From a virus, in IMG/VR virus record IMGVR_UViG_3300010885_011343, positions 29,879 to 93,878 of that record: a DNA stretch of 64,000 nucleotides; one strand, given 5' to 3'. The notes beneath the pieces are model-generated. The model made no database searches, was not told the origin of the DNA, and saw nothing but the letters and a program-made list of their open reading frames with translations. The position numbers and the translations under genes are program-made. Positions 40,360-49,349 of this stretch are shown here, in pieces; position 1 is the stretch's first letter, and each line of letters opens with the position of its first letter.

Positions 40360-40415
40360 ACTCCTTTTTGCTTACTATGCTAGTATTATAACACACTTCG
40401 AATTTTTGGGCAACC
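40360..40415 (-). promoter_or_regulatory. Early sigma70 promoter + RBS cassette, copy 1
   Basis: TTGCCC-17-TATAAT (TGn extended) followed by AAGGAG. Confidence 0.85.
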
Positions 40416-40420
40416 GTTTT

Positions 40421-40801
40421 TTAATCGGCGCCAAAAGTTGTTGCTAAAAACTCACGGCATTGTGCTTCTGTGCGTTTAGTCACTACAACCTTGCCGCCCA
40501 TAAAGCCCACGAACAGATTGCGGTGTTCCACAAACTTGATCTCGCCATCTGCACCGGTATGCTTCTGACGCACAGGTGCTTTCTTGGCTACTACTTTTTT
40601 AGTAGTTTTTGCAGGAGCCTCTGCAGGCAGTTTTGGTTCTGTTTTGGCAACGGCACCGGTTAAGGGTGTATGCTTAAAACCGTGTTTGGCATCGTAGTTG
40701 GCCAGCTGGCGCTCGGTCATACCCCAAGTGTCCAAAAGACGCTTGACTTCTGTGCCGGGCAGTTGGTGCCAGTTAATACAAGTATCAGTCCAGTTTTTCA
40801 T
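40421..40801 (-). CDS. Hypothetical early protein
   Basis: 126 aa with a Lys/Ala/Pro linker; flanked by the duplicated promoter cassettes. Confidence 0.65.
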   Translation of the reverse strand: MKNWTDTCINWHQLPGTEVKRLLDTWGMTERQLANYDAKHGFKHTPLTGAVAKTEPKLPAEAPAKTTKKVVAKKAPVRQKHTGADGEIKFVEHRNLFVGFMGGKVVVTKRTEAQCREFLATTFGAD

Positions 40802-40805
40802 TGCT

Positions 40806-40861
40806 ACTCCTTTTTGCTTACTATGCTAGTATTATAACACAATTCGAACTTTTGGTCAACC
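40806..40861 (-). promoter_or_regulatory. Early sigma70 promoter + RBS cassette, copy 2 (56-bp direct repeat)
   Basis: TTGACC-17-TATAAT; 53/56 identical to 40360-40415. Confidence 0.85.
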
Positions 40862-41140
40862 GGGGTATTTTGGATACTTTGGACGCTTGGGGCAGAAAGG
40901 GCAATCGGCATCCTTGCAAACACCTTCCAACCAGGCGTTGCAAGGATCACAATAATTGCTGTCAAATTCGACATTATAACTGCGATAAGTGCCACAATGA
41001 AAACATCCAATATCCTCCTTAGGGTCAAACTGTAGCTTGACCTTGGGATTGGCTTTGCGACGACTAAGATTTGGATTGCGGTCGTGCGCCTCTGCTTTCA
41101 TTGTTGTGAGATACCCTCTACTATTTTCCCAACCATTCAT
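40856..41140 (-). CDS. Small Cys-rich, probably zinc-binding early protein
   Basis: Start MNGWEN after an SD; CFHC, CDPC and C...CPFC motifs. Confidence 0.6.
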   Translation of the reverse strand: MNGWENSRGYLTTMKAEAHDRNPNLSRRKANPKVKLQFDPKEDIGCFHCGTYRSYNVEFDSNYCDPCNAWLEGVCKDADCPFCPKRPKYPKYPG

Positions 41141-41172
41141 AGTTTTTCTCCCTTTTAATTTGTAATACAATT

Positions 41173-41201
41173 ATTGTAACATCTTTCGGGCTTTTGGTCA
41201 A
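41173..41201 (-). promoter_or_regulatory. Early sigma70 promoter
   Basis: TTGACC-17-TACAAT, related to the two cassette promoters. Confidence 0.8.
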
Positions 41202-41204
41202 CGA

Positions 41205-41330
41205 ATACCAAAGTAAATTTTAGGGTTATACCAAAGTAAATTTCTTGTGGTTTTTACGCAACACAAAGAAAAACCCGCCATTTTGACGGGTTTTTGGTGT
41301 TGTTTTTACGCAACTGTTACTAAAGTATTA
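41205..41330. repeat. Intergenic direct repeats
   Basis: ATACCAAAGTAAATTT at 41205 and 41228; GTTTTTACGCAAC at 41250 and 41302. Confidence 0.8.
41269..41295. terminator. Bidirectional-type intrinsic terminator
   Basis: AAAAACCCG-loop-CGGGTTTTT. Confidence 0.7.
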
Positions 41331-41333
41331 CTC

Positions 41334-41894
41334 TTAGACTATGCCAAAAAATGCGTAGTGCTGTGGCAAATCCCAAGTGTTTGGATCCACTATAGGTTGC
41401 CCGTTGTAGGTCTCAAATTTGCTATTAAGTACAGAGTACCTTTTAAAGAAACGCCAATTGTCTGGACTGGTCTTAGACAATCCATTATCTTGCAAAACTT
41501 TGTCACTGTGTTTCTTAATAAGGCAGGTTGGTGTATTTAATGCTTGGTTGATGGTCAGGCGCCCCTCAATTAACATATCCCGAACACTGCTAGCCGGAAT
41601 TACGTGTTCAAAAATACTTTCACCTTTACGCACTCCTACCTCTATATAATGACTTTTAATTTTACCCCTAATAGAGTAATCGTGGTAGCGACGGATATGG
41701 TGGTCAATGCTGTCTCGCAATAACCTAGCCCGCATATCTTCTTCGAAGACTGTGCCACGATAGATTTCTAGTAGACGTTCTAGTTCCTCTGTAGTAAATG
41801 CAAGACACTGGCGGTATGCTTTGTCATTGCGTTTAACACCTTTGTTACGCTCGGGCTTTCTATAGCCCTCAACAAGTTCTTGAAAGGTTGACAT
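41334..41894 (-). CDS. HNH-like nuclease-fold protein
   Basis: FEHVIPAS motif; start MSTFQEL is 1 nt after the upstream stop. Confidence 0.5.
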   Translation of the reverse strand: MSTFQELVEGYRKPERNKGVKRNDKAYRQCLAFTTEELERLLEIYRGTVFEEDMRARLLRDSIDHHIRRYHDYSIRGKIKSHYIEVGVRKGESIFEHVIPASSVRDMLIEGRLTINQALNTPTCLIKKHSDKVLQDNGLSKTSPDNWRFFKRYSVLNSKFETYNGQPIVDPNTWDLPQHYAFFGIV

Positions 41895-41895
41895 T

Positions 41896-43101
41896 TTAGT
41901 ACAAATCTTTCTTGGCTGGTTGGAAGGCAGTGTCAATACGCAAGGTGGGCTTACGACCAGTCCAAGTCTTGTTCAATTGATACCACAAAAAGGTACCACC
42001 GTTGCGCCAGTTCTTAGTAAAACTAATACGTGTCGGTGCCTGTACTGCACCGGCCCAATACTTGGTATGCCAGGACTTATAAGCATCGCGCACTTTGTCC
42101 CAAAATGCACTAGCTTCGTGGAAGTCAGCACCAAACAGACTGTGCAAGTGATTACCCAAGTCCACTACTTCCTCGTCAGTATAGTCAATGCCGTCTTTCT
42201 TGGCCATATCAAACCAAGCACACATAATCTCAATCTCCTGACTAGCAATAGGACGAGCCACTGGAAAGGTAGTAGTGTACAAGGCAAACTTACGGATAAT
42301 ATCAGAGCTATAGTGATTGAGCTCTTGCATACGACCAATGGCGCCGGGCATATGAGTATCACCAAACTTGTCGGCTGTGACAAACAAATCTGCTTGTTCT
42401 AGGTATTGTTGTTTGAGCTCTGCATCTACCCACGCCGGATTGGTGTTACCATCAATACGAACTCCGTAGATCATCTGCATCCAAAGATCAATTAAGTCCA
42501 ACAACTTCTTGCCAACATCGCTGTTTCCGCTGACAAAGTTTTCACGGATGTCTGCTTTCTTGCTTACTTTGTAAATGTTGACAGGGACCATTACGTCTTT
42601 GGGGTCTTGACCCAGGATTAATACTGCAATAACATAAAATGCCGCGGCAGTGTTCTGACCGTCCCAACTTGCATACAGTCCTCTTTTTCCTGTAGGGTAG
42701 TATTTAAAGTCTGAACTGTTACCAGTTACCTGATACACTTGTATAGGCATTGCCTGTACGTCACGAAAGTTGCTGACAATGTAAAAAACCCAATAGAGAA
42801 TTAACATACGTTGGATTGTGGTATCAATCAAGATGTCACTGAGTGGCATTTGAATAGATTCGACAATGTCTAGATCGGAGAACTTTTTAACATTGGGATA
42901 GCGTTTCTTGAAGTCGTTGATAGCTTTTTGTAGCTGACTTCTCATACCGACTTGTTTCATAAGTGGCAATCCACTTATGGCCTGGTTAAATCGATCTTTA
43001 ATGTCTACAAAGATCGAATCGGTTTGCGAGTACCGAGAGTTTATCTGCGAAGCGTAAGAGGGTGCAGGTGCTTGTTTGAGCGCAAGATTTGATTTTGCCA
43101 T
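41896..43101 (-). CDS. ParB/Srx-like (DGQH-type) domain protein
   Basis: IDTTIQR...PIQVY...WDGQNT; SD AGGAGG. Confidence 0.6.
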   Translation of the reverse strand: MAKSNLALKQAPAPSYASQINSRYSQTDSIFVDIKDRFNQAISGLPLMKQVGMRSQLQKAINDFKKRYPNVKKFSDLDIVESIQMPLSDILIDTTIQRMLILYWVFYIVSNFRDVQAMPIQVYQVTGNSSDFKYYPTGKRGLYASWDGQNTAAAFYVIAVLILGQDPKDVMVPVNIYKVSKKADIRENFVSGNSDVGKKLLDLIDLWMQMIYGVRIDGNTNPAWVDAELKQQYLEQADLFVTADKFGDTHMPGAIGRMQELNHYSSDIIRKFALYTTTFPVARPIASQEIEIMCAWFDMAKKDGIDYTDEEVVDLGNHLHSLFGADFHEASAFWDKVRDAYKSWHTKYWAGAVQAPTRISFTKNWRNGGTFLWYQLNKTWTGRKPTLRIDTAFQPAKKDLY

Positions 43102-43157
43102 AATATGGCCTCCTAATTGTACTTGGCAAAGTTTTTAATATACAGTGCCAATATGGT

Positions 43158-43186
43158 AAAAAGTAGTAGACAGAATTGTCTACTAC
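43158..43186 (-). terminator. Intrinsic terminator
   Basis: GTAGTAGACA/TGTCTACTAC 10-bp stem followed by U5 on the - strand. Confidence 0.75.
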
Positions 43187-43193
43187 AGGGCTA

Positions 43194-43222
43194 AGTGTAC
43201 AGGAGGTACACTAATCTGTCAA
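43194..43222 (-). promoter_or_regulatory. sigma70 promoter with overlapping palindromic operator
   Basis: TTGACA-17-TACACT; AGTGTAC-N5-GTACACT palindrome at 43194-43212. Confidence 0.65.
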
Positions 43223-43223
43223 C

Positions 43224-43583
43224 CTAGGTGATGCGAATGTTGTTTTTTTGCATCCTGTCGCTATACAGGCAACGGCCACGCTTTCGCACCAATTCGGCCA
43301 TACCCTGGGGATCGCTTTCAAAAGATGCTTTGATATCTTCTTGGCCAACATTGGCATCAACGTCAATGGCATAAATTTCATAATGTCTTTGCGAATTAAA
43401 TTTAGCCCTGAGCATAATCATATTGGCAATCTGATTAGGATTAGATTTGTTGTCTACGCCACGTAAGATATCAAAGGTTTTTTGACGATCCATATCAGAA
43501 ATGTTAATACAGGCTTCAAGTCCGTGCATATCCCAACTAAGTAGATATGTTTCGACATCGTAGTTTACTTCACTTTTTTTCAT
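43224..43583 (-). CDS. Hypothetical protein
   Basis: WDMHGLEAC and LRAKFNSQRHYEIY motifs. Confidence 0.6.
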   Translation of the reverse strand: MKKSEVNYDVETYLLSWDMHGLEACINISDMDRQKTFDILRGVDNKSNPNQIANMIMLRAKFNSQRHYEIYAIDVDANVGQEDIKASFESDPQGMAELVRKRGRCLYSDRMQKNNIRIT

Positions 43584-44140
43584 AAAGATATCCAACTGTT
43601 TTTTGCTCGATTATAAAACTTGTGGCGACCAATTTGCACAATATAATGATTCTGATCTACCCACTTAGGATCTTTAATATAATCTGCGTGATAGAATAAA
43701 CTGCGCTCTAGGCCAGAAACTCTCCAACCATTGACAGCACGTTGAGCAATGGTTTCGCACTCTTGCCATAGTTTGGCATTGGGCTTGGGTAAGGTCTTCA
43801 TTCTAGTCCAGCTAAACTGTGATTTAGAATAAACTACTGCACAGATACTGTTACCCCAATATCCATTGGATACTCTGTTAAGGGTAATATTTGCCACAGC
43901 ATACTTGCCTGCGGCAGATTCGACGCCAGCCTCATAATAGATATTACGAGTCAGACATTCTATGTCTTTTTTACTGGCCTGTATCTTAGTTTCTCTATGC
44001 ACCAAATCGCCAATTTGGTCAATTTGGTTTTGCATTTGATCCAAGCAGCTGGCAATACGGTCAAGGTAGTTAACAATGTAGCCAAGACCGGAGACCACCG
44101 CCACGGCTGTGGCAGTCAATACAACGTTTTGTACTTTCAT
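43580..44140 (-). CDS. Cell wall hydrolase, SleB/Hydrolase_2 family, with N-terminal signal/anchor
   Basis: CLTRNIYYEAGVES, AVANITLNRV, ICAVVY...QFSW and IGRHKFY. Confidence 0.9.
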   Translation of the reverse strand: MKVQNVVLTATAVAVVSGLGYIVNYLDRIASCLDQMQNQIDQIGDLVHRETKIQASKKDIECLTRNIYYEAGVESAAGKYAVANITLNRVSNGYWGNSICAVVYSKSQFSWTRMKTLPKPNAKLWQECETIAQRAVNGWRVSGLERSLFYHADYIKDPKWVDQNHYIVQIGRHKFYNRAKNSWISL

Positions 44141-44418
44141 TACCGTGCGATTTTAAACAGTTTACCGGCCGTAGACGCTGGCTTTCCCTTAGATTTTGGT
44201 TTCGTGTCAGCAGGGAACTCTTGATTTAAATAATGCTCGATTAGCGATTGGGAAGTCATTGACTTGACACTAACGTCGTTGAAAGCGTAGAACAATACAG
44301 GGCACTTGCCCCAGGTGCCATTGCGATAAAACTCTGCAACGTATCGACGGTGCTCTGCATTTTTAGGATTAAAAATCACAGTGGGTCGACGATTCACATC
44401 AAGTAAGGTTTGGCTCAA
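44140..44418 (-). CDS. Hypothetical protein
   Basis: FNPKNAEHR...WGKCP motif; TTG start with an SD. Confidence 0.55.
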   Translation of the reverse strand: MSQTLLDVNRRPTVIFNPKNAEHRRYVAEFYRNGTWGKCPVLFYAFNDVSVKSMTSQSLIEHYLNQEFPADTKPKSKGKPASTAGKLFKIAR

Positions 44419-44443
44419 TTTAAAACTCCTGGTTGGTTGAAAA

Positions 44444-44893
44444 TTAATTATACACTAAATTACCGCGGTGGGCTTTTTTCTTGTACATTAGTTGATTAAG
44501 AGACTCAAGTATTTGATTGACTGGAACGCTGTGGTGCTTATAGCCATCCATAACACATTCTTTATAATGGTCCGAGGGAAGGTCGTCTTTAACTCCGGGA
44601 TTCATATAATACACTTCTGCTTCAACTAGCTGGCCCTGGTGTTCCACTGACACTGTGCAACTGTTATAAAAATTTGGATAACCCTCTAGTCTGTCCAGTG
44701 CTACGAGACAGTCTTCGGTGATATCCCATAGCACCCCATCAACCACAGATCCCGGTTCTTCGACAACATCGGCACACCCAGCAAATCGAAAACGCCAATT
44801 GGGTAGCTTGGCTAATCCAAGACAAACGGCCTTAGGACAGCGACTGGCCATTTCGTCTCTATTGGTGTTCATACCATATGCAAAATACAACAT
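44444..44893 (-). CDS. Gamma-glutamylcyclotransferase (AIG2-like)
   Basis: YFAYGMN, VDGVLW and LDRLEGYP. Confidence 0.85.
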   Translation of the reverse strand: MLYFAYGMNTNRDEMASRCPKAVCLGLAKLPNWRFRFAGCADVVEEPGSVVDGVLWDITEDCLVALDRLEGYPNFYNSCTVSVEHQGQLVEAEVYYMNPGVKDDLPSDHYKECVMDGYKHHSVPVNQILESLNQLMYKKKAHRGNLVYN

Positions 44894-45270
44894 TACTGAT
44901 GGGCCTCTAAATTAGTTAAGTAAGTTTCAAGATCGTTACCGTGCAATTGTAACATAATTGCGGTGACTTCGTCAAATATAACCACATTCTTAATGTGGGC
45001 AATATAATACGGGTAATGTATGTGGCGTTCTAACAATAGTAGTACTTTGGGTGTAATACTTTTTGGCAGTGTAAACTTGTAATTGCTCAGTTTCAACTTT
45101 TCGGATAAGAACTTGTACCCGGGCTTGGTTAGCCGCATACTCAAGTGGTTTGAAGGATTAAAGAATATTGACAGTCTGGCATCACCGCCCCAGACATCAA
45201 ACGGAAGTTCGGCACCTTGTTGCCTAAGTAACGCGATCCATTCTTCCTGATTAAGGGTAGATTTGATCAC
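44893..45270 (-). CDS. Hypothetical protein
   Basis: 125 aa with an MRLTKPGY motif. Confidence 0.55.
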   Translation of the reverse strand: MIKSTLNQEEWIALLRQQGAELPFDVWGGDARLSIFFNPSNHLSMRLTKPGYKFLSEKLKLSNYKFTLPKSITPKVLLLLERHIHYPYYIAHIKNVVIFDEVTAIMLQLHGNDLETYLTNLEAHQ

Positions 45271-45538
45271 CGGCTTTAAGCAAGACTACAGTAAATTTCT
45301 CACTCTTGTACAGACTGTTTAATTTCTTGGCCAAGTTGATTGCGTGTCCGGGATTACTAAAGGAGACCTTTTTGTATTTTGGTCCGGGGTACGAGACAAG
45401 AATGTTGCTAGTTTTAAGATTTATGGGCTTGTTATCATAGAACACAGCCCAGATGCCTTCACTGTTTAAAACTTGGTCACATTTGTACGTAGTCTTATTA
45501 AGATGTTCTAAAATAACAGTTGGCTTTGGTCTTGACAT
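45251..45538 (-). CDS. Conserved phage hypothetical protein
   Basis: MSRPKPTVILE...GPKYKKVSFSNPGHAINLAKKLN, preceded by TAAATA. Confidence 0.6.
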   Translation of the reverse strand: MSRPKPTVILEHLNKTTYKCDQVLNSEGIWAVFYDNKPINLKTSNILVSYPGPKYKKVSFSNPGHAINLAKKLNSLYKSEKFTVVLLKAGDQIYP

Positions 45539-45598
45539 AATATGCTCTCTCGATACATTTATTTATCACAATTTTATGCGTACTTAACTACTTTTGTC

Positions 45599-46063
45599 TT
45601 AGGCCAACCCAACTAATTTAGTAAGAGCCTCGGTTTCTGATTTGTAGGGTCCAAAATATGGATATCTATTTATTGTTATGCTTTTAGGGCAGAACTGGTT
45701 CTCCCAGTGATCATCTATTTTAACTACATAGTAACCAGCACAATAAAAGCTCTTACTTTTTGCGGCTTTGGTATAGAAAGGCAGTTTACGCCGTACATCG
45801 TAGAGCTCGTTGAACGGGGTACAATCCACTGGAAAATCGTAGATATTGTTGCTGTTATCTACAATTTTTTTGTCTTTTCCGCCTTTGTTTACACGGATAT
45901 TATACTTGGTGCTCAGTAGTTTAAAATTAACAAATTTTTCTCTGGCAGAACCTTTGACTAGAAAGACTCCGTCGGGCGATGCTTGGATGGTGGCAACTTT
46001 TTGACCACCATCCTCAACAATCCAAAATTTATTCTTGATAATTGGTTTAGCTTCTAGCATCAT
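45599..46063 (-). CDS. Hypothetical protein
   Basis: 154 aa with a KSKSFYCAGYY motif. Confidence 0.6.
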   Translation of the reverse strand: MMLEAKPIIKNKFWIVEDGGQKVATIQASPDGVFLVKGSAREKFVNFKLLSTKYNIRVNKGGKDKKIVDNSNNIYDFPVDCTPFNELYDVRRKLPFYTKAAKSKSFYCAGYYVVKIDDHWENQFCPKSITINRYPYFGPYKSETEALTKLVGLA

Positions 46064-46266
46064 TTCTTATTCTTTCGTTGTTTAATTATTTTGATACCTT
46101 TGTATAAAGGCCAGTCTTTAAGTACAGAATCTTTATGTCCTGTAGCGATACAAAATTTTTGAAAATCGCTTTCCTCTAGTAGGATAGTGTCAATGGGAAT
46201 TTCTCTAGCACCAGCGGTTCTAATTTCCAATTCTAGTCTAGACAATATTTCTTTTTGATCAATCAT
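46060..46266 (-). CDS. Hypothetical protein
   Basis: Small ORF with ATGA overlaps. Confidence 0.45.
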   Translation of the reverse strand: MIDQKEILSRLELEIRTAGAREIPIDTILLEESDFQKFCIATGHKDSVLKDWPLYKGIKIIKQRKNKK

Positions 46267-46508
46267 TGTGCTTTTAAAATATCAAAGGTTAATTCATAGT
46301 TGTACATATAAGCCACTGGTTTGAGCCAACCTGCATTGATTGCAGTGACAAAGATGCTTTTGTATTCAGCAGGACAGTTATTGCCGATTTCAAATCCAGC
46401 ACGACAAAACTGAGTCAATCCATCAGTAATCACAAAGTTAGGATCGCCTGGTTTAATGGCAATAACGTTACTCTGGTGCTGAGTAAAAGACATATCACTC
46501 TTCCCCAA
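46263..46508 (-). CDS. Hypothetical protein
   Basis: Small ORF in the operon. Confidence 0.5.
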   Translation of the reverse strand: MGKSDMSFTQHQSNVIAIKPGDPNFVITDGLTQFCRAGFEIGNNCPAEYKSIFVTAINAGWLKPVAYMYNYELTFDILKAQ

Positions 46509-46716
46509 AGAATTTGATAATCAAATTAAGTGCGTCAATGAGCTTGATGTTACCTGCTACATCATCAGGGTGCAGCCAATAACCATCCGGATTATTTTCT
46601 GTCCTGGGATTCTTCCGCCAGTCTTTTAATTCTTTCTTGAGATACCCACGGTACTCTTTAAGATTTAATACCGTAATACGATCTGCTACTATAGCGTCTA
46701 ATTCAATTTTTTTCAT
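46495..46716 (-). CDS. Hypothetical protein
   Basis: Small ORF with a WLHPDDV motif. Confidence 0.5.
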   Translation of the reverse strand: MKKIELDAIVADRITVLNLKEYRGYLKKELKDWRKNPRTENNPDGYWLHPDDVAGNIKLIDALNLIIKFFGEE

Positions 46717-47702
46717 ACTGGGTAACTCGCACTTAAGAATTCGGCAAAACTAGTAGCATTATCGCTGATTCGATTAAGCTCGTACTTGCCGCAGAATTTA
46801 AGAAATTGTGCGCCAATCATTGGGCGGCTCAGCGGCATACTGCCATTGGCAATGGTTTCTGCAATAAGCATTTTAATGTGTTCGGGCTGTGCAGTTAAGT
46901 CGATCAATTGACGATTGCGTTGATAATCATCAAGCACTTTATGTTCTTCGCCATTGTGGTCGGTCCAACGTTGCAACATTAGATTGTTCCAAGAGAATCC
47001 ACCTCGATCCATATCGGCAAATGCTTCTTCAAGGCCAACTTTGTTTTTACTGCCCTTGGTACGCACACCGGGATAAGCAGAGAAGACATTGTCACTGCTA
47101 TCGCCACGCATACATTTTTCAAATAGAATAAATTTAGGATCGGGAATCTTCTTGGGCTCTTTAGTTTTCTTGTCGATAACTAGTTTACCTTTTTTGTCGA
47201 AGATTCCTTCAAGAGTGTGGAGTTCATCAGCGATTCCGTTATACTGGCGGACATTGGGTGCGAGCAATTGATAGAAGTCAGTGTCACTGCTAACGATGAC
47301 GTGTTGATCCTCACGATGTGCTTGTATCCACCCTGCCACCAAGTCATCTGCTTCCAATTGCCCGTGCTGGAGTACAGTACAATTTGTGCGCTCTTGTAGG
47401 AATGACTTAAGGGCATCAAATGCTTCCCAAAAGAGGCGATCTTCTTCCGCTTCTGTTTCGGTAAGTGAGGCCCTAGCCACTGCTCGATTCTTTTTATAAG
47501 GTTCATAAAAATCCTTGCGCCAGCTACGCCCCTCTAAGCAGAAAACCACGTGGTCGGCTTTCTGTTCACGCCAGGCTTTATTAACACTGGCTAAGGTTAC
47601 GTGTATGGCAAAACCTAGACGGTCCCAAGTGTCGCTTTGACGACTTGCGCTATGTCTAGCACGAAAGAAAGTATTAGCAGTGTCTACGATTAAATATTTC
47701 AT
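46713..47702 (-). CDS. rnh: T4-type RNase H / 5'-3' flap exonuclease
   Basis: Start moved to MKYLIVDTAN. Has YKKNR, EADDL, SSDTDF and GDSSDNV. Confidence 0.9.
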   Translation of the reverse strand: MKYLIVDTANTFFRARHSASRQSDTWDRLGFAIHVTLASVNKAWREQKADHVVFCLEGRSWRKDFYEPYKKNRAVARASLTETEAEEDRLFWEAFDALKSFLQERTNCTVLQHGQLEADDLVAGWIQAHREDQHVIVSSDTDFYQLLAPNVRQYNGIADELHTLEGIFDKKGKLVIDKKTKEPKKIPDPKFILFEKCMRGDSSDNVFSAYPGVRTKGSKNKVGLEEAFADMDRGGFSWNNLMLQRWTDHNGEEHKVLDDYQRNRQLIDLTAQPEHIKMLIAETIANGSMPLSRPMIGAQFLKFCGKYELNRISDNATSFAEFLSASYPV

Positions 47703-47708
47703 AGAGTA

Positions 47709-47737
47709 ATAATAGCATATTACCCTGGGCTTGTCAA
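47709..47737 (-). promoter_or_regulatory. sigma70 promoter predicting a leaderless rnh mRNA
   Basis: TTGACA-17-TATTAT (TGn), ATG 6 nt downstream, no SD. Confidence 0.7.
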
Positions 47738-48141
47738 CTGATTTCTGCGCGACCGCCGCCAATATCTTTCCGAACGGTCTGTCTTGGGTTGTTGGCTTCG
47801 TACTGCTCATAGGTTTCCAAAACGACATTTCGGCAAACGTCCTGGAACCACCGGTCGACTATCTCGTTTTCGGGCTCGTTAACTTTAACTTGATATCCAG
47901 ATCGGACCAACTGTGCCAGGAACTTGTCGTTCCAATCTAATTCAAATGCACCTTGTCCGATGTTCTCTGGATCGATGTCTACACTTAAGATGCCAACCCA
48001 GGGCTCGCCCTTTTCGTTGGCAATGTCTTTTGATGTTTTCTTTGTAGCCTTGGGTTCTCTGACCTTGGGTGCAGGCTCTGCTTTGACTGGCTCGGGCGTT
48101 ACTTTGTCCTTGCCAAATAGTTTATTGAATAGTCCCATCAC
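47734..48141 (-). CDS. Hypothetical protein
   Basis: GEPWV, FELDWN and IVDRWF motifs; SD present. Confidence 0.6.
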   Translation of the reverse strand: MMGLFNKLFGKDKVTPEPVKAEPAPKVREPKATKKTSKDIANEKGEPWVGILSVDIDPENIGQGAFELDWNDKFLAQLVRSGYQVKVNEPENEIVDRWFQDVCRNVVLETYEQYEANNPRQTVRKDIGGGRAEIS

Positions 48142-48147
48142 ATTTCC

Positions 48148-48501
48148 TTACTTAACAAGATGTTGTGCCAACACCATTAAACTTAACCAAACCCAAATAG
48201 TATTAAAGCCAACTAGTGTGGGCAACAATTTTTTGTTACTAGCCCATATTAAAGTTAAACTGGTTGCCAGCGTTAAAAAGTACAACCACCAAATTTGAAT
48301 ACCAAATACCAATCCTGGTATAATAATTATGGCTTTAGCAACCCAGCTGGCAAATTCTACTATGTTGTAGTTGGTCCAGTATTCGCGAGTAAACCACATA
48401 CTGTAGCACTCACGAATCTTTGACAATCCACTATGACTATAGACACCACCAATTAAAACTAGCCACACCAAGGTGGCTATAATAATTTGATCACTAGTCA
48501 T
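48148..48501 (-). CDS. Small membrane protein
   Basis: Several hydrophobic segments. Confidence 0.6.
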   Translation of the reverse strand: MTSDQIIIATLVWLVLIGGVYSHSGLSKIRECYSMWFTREYWTNYNIVEFASWVAKAIIIIPGLVFGIQIWWLYFLTLATSLTLIWASNKKLLPTLVGFNTIWVWLSLMVLAQHLVK

Positions 48502-49349
48502 TAAGTGCCCCAGGCGTTCTTGAACAGCGGCACCTGCAATCTGTCGCTGTAACGATAGCCTCGCTTCATTGCAAGCTCTGCGACGCGGCGATTATTAAGA
48601 GAGTATACGCTTTCAACTCCACCAACAGGCATAAGATACACAGGACCTTTAAAGCCTGCACGACGATATTCTTGTACAGCACGATCTGCATCAATAACAT
48701 CCTCCTGTGTGGCTACTACTAATTTTAAGTAAGCATAACCAACGTCTTCATAATCGCAAACAATCTCTGGACAAATGGCCTCTTCCCACTTCTCACCACT
48801 GCAAGGCAGTTTAGCACTGACACTGAAAGTGATTTCTCTACCTGGTTGCTCAGCAAGCCAAATACGCAAGTAGTTTTTAAAATTACCGCTTAATTTTTGA
48901 GTGCCATTGGTTTCAAATGTAATTTCAGTTAATGGTGTCATACAGGGCTGGTCTAGTAGATCAGGATAAGCACGTTGCCAACCCAGTAATGGCTCTCCGC
49001 CTGTGATAACAAGATGTTCTTTTTTCCACTCTCCGTATGGAAGCGTCTTAACAATATCTTTGGCAAGACCTTCTACAGCAACCATTGGGCTAAGATCCTT
49101 AAACATTGGATCCCAGCTGGCGTAACTATCACATCCAGTTTTAACCAACGGAAGTTCGTTATAGTTGTTAAACATATGAACAACCTGGGAGATTTCTTCT
49201 CGCTCTGTGCTCAACTCACCTCTGGGCATACCAAATCCACCACAGGTAAAGTTGCAACCAAATGTGCGTAAGAACACACTAGGAACACCCATATAGCGTC
49301 CTTCACCTTGAATGCTGTAGAACAGCTCTGCTACTTTGAGTTTACTCAT
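48501..49349 (-). CDS. queE: 7-carboxy-7-deazaguanine synthase (radical SAM)
   Basis: ELFYSIQGEG, FLRTFGCNFTC...CDS, ITGGEPL, ETNGT and RLQVPLF. Confidence 0.92.
   Translation of the reverse strand: MSKLKVAELFYSIQGEGRYMGVPSVFLRTFGCNFTCGGFGMPRGELSTEREEISQVVHMFNNYNELPLVKTGCDSYASWDPMFKDLSPMVAVEGLAKDIVKTLPYGEWKKEHLVITGGEPLLGWQRAYPDLLDQPCMTPLTEITFETNGTQKLSGNFKNYLRIWLAEQPGREITFSVSAKLPCSGEKWEEAICPEIVCDYEDVGYAYLKLVVATQEDVIDADRAVQEYRRAGFKGPVYLMPVGGVESVYSLNNRRVAELAMKRGYRYSDRLQVPLFKNAWGT

Noticed and set aside
40804-41028. 74-aa - strand ORF
   Set aside because: It runs through a promoter cassette and overlaps the better-supported Cys-rich ORF, which has an SD and a promoter.
41205-41330. Mini CRISPR array
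   Set aside because: Only two copies of each short repeat, no regular spacers and no cas genes.
46713-47828. 371-aa long form of RNase H
   Set aside because: The extension overlaps the upstream gene and the promoter; the family N-terminus begins at MKYLIVD (47702).
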